Source of the DNA: the human T2T-CHM13v2.0 reference genome, Homo sapiens
DNA length: 64,000 nucleotides
Strand: one strand, 5' to 3'
Assembly: GCF_009914755.1 (NCBI RefSeq)
Contig: NC_060930.1
The notes under the pieces were generated by a model. That model searched no databases and was not told the origin of the DNA. It saw only the letters and a program-made list of their open reading frames with translations. Position 1 is the first letter of the stretch. Each line of letters starts with the position of its first letter. Positions 57,610-64,000 of the stretch are shown here, one piece after another. The translations under genes and the position numbers were made by a program.

Positions 57610-58430
57610 TATGCTGATGGCTCCTAACTCAGAATTTTTGTCTTGGCTCCAACTCCTAGAGTGCCAAGCCTAATATCTAGGCTGGACATCTGCACCTAGA
57701 GAAGTCCCAAGATCCTCAAATTCACCATGCCACCGAACTGAATGATCCTCTCCCCCACTTGCTCTTACTCCAGTTCTTTGTTGAATGGCATAGCCATGTG
57801 GTTGCCTAAGCCAGAAACCCAACAGTCTTCTTGACTCTTTCTTCCTCATTCTTTACCTTTAAAGCAATCAAGCTCTGTTGATCTATCCACTTCTCTCTCT
57901 CCTTACTCTATTGCTTTTCTAGGCTACTTTCACATCTTTCCTAGATTTTTCTGACACCTGCTAACTCAGCAATGTTTATGCAGTTTTCTTCCCCCCTCCA
58001 TTGTTTTCCCAACTCTGGAGCAGTGATCCGATCCTGTCACCTCCCTTCCTAAATCTTTACATTACTTCCATTTTATGGACTTAGGATATTTAACTTGCAA
58101 AGCTCTTTACGACATGAGCTCTTGCCAGCTTCTATAGCCCCATTTTGGGCCACTCTTAGAATACATGCAACTGAAAGCATCCTAATGCTTGAACTCTGCA
58201 TTCTTGCTATGCTGAACTAATTTTAGATCCCCAATTCGCTAAGCTGTCTTTTGCATCTCTAGATGTATAGGTGATATTTCTTGAGTTTGAAACATTCTTT
58301 CCTACATCTTCTCCCTCACCTGCTAAATGAGGCTACTTGCCACATTTTTGGGGTTAGTTGTTACTGTTCAGTGTTCCAGAGCATCCTGTTCTGATTCTTA
58401 ACCATCTGTCTTCCTTGCTAGACGGATGTT
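57610..58430 (+). mobile_element. L2 fragment
   Basis: Pyrimidine-rich; ctggacatctgcacct...cctcaaattcaccatg...aagccagaaacc. Confidence 0.6.
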
Positions 58431-58788
58431 CTGATCACCTCCTATTTACCCTGTCAGTAAAGGAGGGATCCCCAACCAAATAGTGATTAAGATGCCCGAC
58501 ATTGGACAAACGAGATTGGCAGCAGTGTATTAGTCACATGAACTCACAACCTGAGGGATAGGGACACTACACACATAACGATTATAAACCAGAAGGGGCT
58601 ATGGGAGGCAGGCTTTGTAGTAAGATGAAGGTGGGATACAGCTGGTCTGGCTGATAGGGATACTGGCCAGGTAGGAGGACTTTACCTCTGGGCATGGGAA
58701 CCACTGGGTGTATCTGACAAGAGCAGGGAATGGCTCTGTGAGGCTCAAAAATGTCAAGGTAGCACCTGAGTGTTTAGGTCTTACAACA

Positions 58789-59000
58789 GGGCTGGGCACA
58801 GTGGCTCACGCCTGTAATCCAGCACTTTGGGAGGCTGAAATGGAAGGATCGCTTGAGGCCAGGAGCTTGAGACCAACCTGGGCAGCAAAGCCACACTCTG
58901 TCTCAACAAAAATTACAAAAATTAGCTGGGCATGATGACACATGCCTGTAGTCCCAGCTACTCAGGAGGCTGAGGTGGAAGAATCGCTTGAGGCCAGGAG
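58789..59000 (+). mobile_element. AluJ, 3'-truncated
   Basis: Ends at gcttgaggccaggag without a tail. Confidence 0.85.
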
Positions 59001-59539
59001 AGAAGATGTTTCCTCATATAGACTCGAGTGTGTGGCACTCAGGGTGTGGGTAATGAGACCTGATGATGAGTAGGTAGAGATGGGCTGTGAACTCCAGGGT
59101 GCAGCCTTTTCAAAATCCTGCCGTTTTCTCAGTTGCTGACCTTATAACTGGCAGAACATAGCTGGAAGAATGCTTCATTTTGTCATAAAAGCTCCTTGAG
59201 AAAGGGACTGCACTGGTTGGCTTCTTCCTGTAGTTCCTAACATACTAACTTGCACTAGAGCTTTACACATATGTGTCTGCTAATGGTTTGTTCAGTTAAT
59301 AAATATTTACTGAGCATTTACTATGTACTGTGTGCTAGATAGTAACTGCTGAAGAGACAATGATGACAAAACAGACATGATCCTGGTCACATAGAACTTA
59401 CAGGCTTGAAACCCAAATCTGTCTCTACAATCTCATTCAGTATAGAAAAATGACCCATTTTGTTATGTTACAATGTAATATATAACAGCTACACAAAGTT
59501 TCTTGAAAGCTGCCCCATATCATTTTTGTATGAGATTAG

Positions 59540-59826
<287 letters not shown>

Positions 59827-60059
59827 TGAGATTAGGTTTTAAACAAATAAACCAATCTGTTTATTGCAACGTAGCTATTTCTCAGGAAAGCAAGCAAGTT
59901 TGGGCCTTACTCAGTGAGCACAGGAGCAGAGGGCAACAGATGTAGGATTTTGTGAGGCAAGCTGTCAGTACTGTGAAAACCTCCCAACAAGCCCATGTGA
60001 ATCTTCCATTGCCTTTTGTGTATCCAAGCAAGAGCCATAGTTGCCTGAGCATATCATGG

Positions 60060-60300
60060 GCTGTGATGAAACACCAGAGCCAAAATGCCTGCGTTTGAAT
60101 CCTGGTTCTGTCACTTTTGGGCTGTTTGACAATGGACAAGTTACTTAGCCTCTCTGTGCTTTAGTTTCTTCATCCATTTGTAAAATAGAATAATAATAAT
60201 TTCTACCTCATAGAGTGGTTGAAAGAATTAAATGAATACATTTAAGGATCTTAGAATAGTCCCTGGCACATGGTAAGCCCTTATACCAGTGTTTGCTATT
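60060..60300 (+). mobile_element. MIR
   Basis: tttgaatcctggttctgtcactt...ggacaagttacttagcctctctgtgc...ctacctcatagagtggttg. Confidence 0.85.
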
Positions 60301-60307
60301 ACCATGG

Positions 60308-60598
60308 CGTCTTAGTCCAGGCTGAGAAATCTAAGATGAGGGCACCAGCAGATTTGGTATCGGGTGAGGGCTCCCTTTCTGATTCCAAGATGTTACCTTT
60401 TAGCTGTGTCCTCACATCATGGAAGGAAGGGACAAACAAGCTCCCTCAGCCTTTTTTTATAAAGGCAGTAATCTCATTCATGAGGGATCTGCCCTCAGGA
60501 CTTAATCACCTCCCAAAGGCCCTACCTCCTAATATCACACTGGAGATTAGGTTTCAACATATGAATTCTGGGGGGACACAAATATTTAGACCATAGCA
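60308..60598 (-). mobile_element. MLT1A/MST-type MaLR LTR
   Basis: caccagcagatttggt...taatcacctcccaaaggcc...tttcaacatatgaatt...gaccatagca. Confidence 0.8.
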
Positions 60599-61566
60599 GA
60601 TGATAATGATGGACTCATTTATTTACACCTCAAATTCCCTTACCAAGTTTATGCCAGGTCTTATTATGGGACCTATTAAAATGTGAGAGGAATTATCATG
60701 TGTATTTTGTGGAAGAGAGTAATTGTCCCAGATTACTTTGTACTTTTCATTTTGGCACCTCTGAGAGAGAGCGGGGAAATCATCATCCTTGTTAGACTCT
60801 CTTCTGCTTTGAAGGGTCTGTGAGTATATGGTGTTGTGTAGGATTAAGAGGCAGTCCCACTGTCTTGGAGTTTCCAAGACTGACATCCTTGGTTTAGATG
60901 ATCAAGTGAAAGCCATAGGAACAGTGGACTATGAGATGAGCAGACATTTTAGATAAACATAGAAAATGTCCTACGTAATGGAAATTTACTATAATATAAC
61001 CCATTATAGTATAGAATTTAGTATGGGGTACATTTATCTCATACATGGTCTTGGACTAAATACGTAAAGGAAATAATATAAAATCATATTGTATGGCCCC
61101 CAGAAGAGTAATTAGTATATTTACACTGTGCAGAGGTAATTAATTTGAGATGGGAGGGAGAGGTGGAGGAGCAAAAATGAATTATGTAAGTTGTGTAAGA
61201 CTAAAGAAAAATGATCCTGTGGCTACCGTTGAATAACTCAGTGTGACATAGTGGGAGGACCATGGATTTGGTGGAGGCAAGATTGTCCTGGTCAAATCAC
61301 AGCTCAGCCACCTACAAACTATGTGGCCTCTTTTTGGATGCACTGTGAATTGTGAATTTACTGAGATGTTTTCTTTTGGCTGTGGCTGCAGAAAGAGTCA
61401 GATTGTGACTCACCTCACAAGCAAGTGTATGGAGGTGTGCTTTTAGCTTCTGTCCTGACTTGCTTGCTTGCTTTTTTGAATCTTGCAATTATTCTTTCTT
61501 TTTTTGCTCTTTTAGAAAATGCCTTTCTGTATGCTTATTACTGGAGCAAGGTAGCATATTGGTGAT

Positions 61567-61927
61567 TGTATTGGTTTATTAGGACTTCTAAAACAAAATT
61601 CAACAGACTGGATGACTTAAACCATGGAAATTCATTTTCTCACGGTTCTGGTGGCTAGAAGGACAAAGACGTTGGCAGGTTTGGTCTCTCCTGAGGCCTC
61701 TCTCCGTGACTTGCAGGTGGCCACCTTCTCACTGTGTTTTCACATGGCCTTTCTGTGGGGTACACACATAACTGTATCCACATGTCCACATTTCCTCTTC
61801 TCATAAGGATACCAGTCAGACTTCATTTTAACTGAATTAAAGGCTCTGTCTCCAAATACAGTCACATTCTGAGGTACTGAGAGAGTTTCAACATGAATTT
61901 TGGGGAGATGCAATTAAGCCCATAATA
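61567..61927 (-). mobile_element. MLT1B-like MaLR LTR
   Basis: tgtattggttt...ttctcacggttctgg...tctccaaatacagtcacattctgaggtactg...gcccataata. Confidence 0.82.
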
Positions 61928-62869
61928 TTACTTTTTTTTTTAAGTTACCTCTCTGATCCTATGTTTCCTCAACTGTAAAATGGGGATTTAAAAAAAATAT
62001 TGCCTTGCCCTGTAGATGGATATTATGAGGAAGATAAGAGATAAAGCCAAGTCAGTTGCCTAGCCCATCTAAAGCACATGATAAGCACTTCATGATGCTT
62101 AAATATCCCCCTTCCCGCTTTTTGGAAGGAGAAAGAAATTCTGAAACTGCTTGATAAAAAGAAGGGATACAGGCCTTACCTAATAAGTTAATCAGGTATG
62201 GGTATTTGAAGTGTGAGACAAGTAGGGTAGCTAGGGAAAGAGGAGTGGGGAGATATGGAAAAAAATGTTTTTGATTTACTTTGGTATATGAGATGATCAA
62301 GAAAGCAAAGGAGGCTGATATAGCTTGAGGTAGACTCAGGCCGTGTGGTCTGCTCTAAAGTGAGGTAAGCCCAAGGAAGAACTCAGCCCTGAAGAGCCCT
62401 GAAGTGAGAGAACTTCACGATAATGTTAAAAATTTAGAGCTTAAAGGGATCGTAATCAATTCCTTTATTTTGTAGAGGAGAAAACTGACATCTGGAGAGG
62501 TTACGTAACAGGCTAAAACCACACAGCGTGACAATTGGCAGAGGACTTCTCAATTTATCAACTTGAAAAATTACGTCTATGATCGAGAGAAGAAAATGAT
62601 AACTTGAACAAATATCTGATTACTACCAGACTGTCAGAGCAAACGCTATATCTTATTCATCATTATATCTCTAGTAGCCAGGGAAGTGCCCAACCTGTAG
62701 TATTCAATTATGTTTGTTAGGTTGATCCAAAATAAATATTAAATTTGGAGGGGACTTGTTAAACCATAAGTGCACATTTTTGTGATATAAAACAGTGTGG
62801 CATATTTTATTAAATATATGAAACATCTTTAGTATCATCCTGATCTTCCATGTAGATGGAAGAATCTCA

Positions 62870-63110
62870 CAGACGTAAAAGAACCCTATCACAAAAGAAT
62901 ACATACTGTATGATTTCACTTATAAAAAGCTCCAGAAACAGGCAAAATTCTATGGTGCTAGACTTAGAATAGTAGTTACCTCTGGGGAGTAGAAGGTGAT
63001 ATTAGGGGGGCTTCAGAGATTCTGGTGATATTCTATTTCATGACTGAGCCGGACACTTATAATTTGTATACTTTCCTGTATTAAGTTATACTTAAATTAT
63101 AAAAAGCTTA
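62870..63110 (+). mobile_element. L1ME 3' fragment
   Basis: aaaagaatacatactgtatgatt...aaacaggcaaaa...tagttacctctgggg. Confidence 0.7.
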
Positions 63111-63563
63111 AAATATGGAGCAGCTTATGTATTGAATTTTCTTATATATCATTGTTTAAGCTTAGAAGTAGTAGTACATGATTACTTTAAATATGACTCA
63201 AACAGCTGTCTTAGAATGTATAGCTGCCTCAAAATAAAGTAAGACAGTCTCCACTCAGTCTCCCACCCTTAAATTGTATTCTTAGCAAAAAAAGTTAGTA
63301 CAGTATGCAATTAAGCTTTTCTGTATTTAAGTGTTTATTTTCTTTCATAGAACTTTTAAGATATCAAAAAAATTAAGCATAGAACTATATATAATATGAT
63401 AGATGTCTACCTCTGTAATCTCCATATGTATAGGAAAAACTTATATAAGCTATAAACAAACTTTTTTCTGAGAAAGGGGTATTCATTTCTACTGTTATGC
63501 TTTTAATATTGTTTGAATGTTTTATAATAAGCATGGATCACTTTTTCAGTTCAAAAAAGATAC

Positions 63564-63853
63564 ATTTTTATTTTATTTTTTGAGATGGAGTCTCATTCTG
63601 TTGCCCAGGCTGGAGCAGTCTCAGTTCATTGCAACCTCCACCTCCCAGGTTCAAGCAATTCTCCTGCCTCAGCCTCCTGAGTAGCTGGGATTACAGGTGT
63701 ATGCCACCACACCCAGCTACTTTTTGTATTTTTAGTAGAGATGGGGTTTCAACATGTTGGGCAGGCTGGTCTCAAACTCCTGACCTCAGGTGATCTGCCT
63801 GTCTCAGCCTCCCAAAGTGCTGGGATTACAGGCGTGAGCCACAGCACCTGGCC
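63564..63853 (-). mobile_element. AluS
   Basis: Antisense Alu; TSD approximately aaaaa.gatac.ttt. Confidence 0.92.
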
Positions 63854-63939
63854 TAAAAAGGATACGTTTCTTAAAGAATCAAGTAAAATGATATATCTTA
63901 GTTATTTAAAATTTTATTTCCTGGAATAAGAAAAAGTCT

Positions 63940-64000
63940 CGACTGGGCGTGGTGGCTCACACCTGTAATGCCAGCAATTTGGGAGGCTGAGGCAGGTGTT
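63940..64000 (+). mobile_element. Alu 5' end, cut by the window edge
   Basis: ctgggcgtggtggctcacacctgtaat. Confidence 0.9.

Overview
Human genomic DNA; a near-consensus AluYb8 at 24501-24808 points to human rather than another ape. The window is almost entirely intronic. The only host-gene coding sequence I can support is a 59-nt internal exon at 25363-25421 (+) encoding DLYKNGLQRANFVPFIAVLK, which I recognise as the mitochondrial AFG1/ZapE-family ATPase AFG1L (LACE1). The rest is layered transposon sequence: a full-length but inactivated L1PA (34171-40310, +); a spliced, 3'-truncated L1PA (11636-14402, -); older L1PB/L1M pieces; about 35 Alus; a FAM monomer; MER9, THE1 and MLT1 LTRs; Tigger4, MER58 and MER5 DNA transposons; L2/MIR; and a 3'-truncated U6 retrocopy. 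A repeat-poor block at ~41.8-47.4 kb carries enhancer-like motif clusters. Nearly all ORFs in the track are L1 fragments or Alu/low-complexity artefacts. I found no convincing new multi-gene system. The most notable observations are a spliced L1 (SpIRE-type) with an intact endonuclease-only ORF at an apparent deletion scar, inverted Alus closely flanking the frame-shifting exon, a short Alu fragment inside a 22-bp duplication, re-use of one target site by two retroelements, and an extended L1 ORF0. Repeat subfamily names come from recalled consensus sequences and many boundaries are approximate; both need RepeatMasker/Dfam confirmation.
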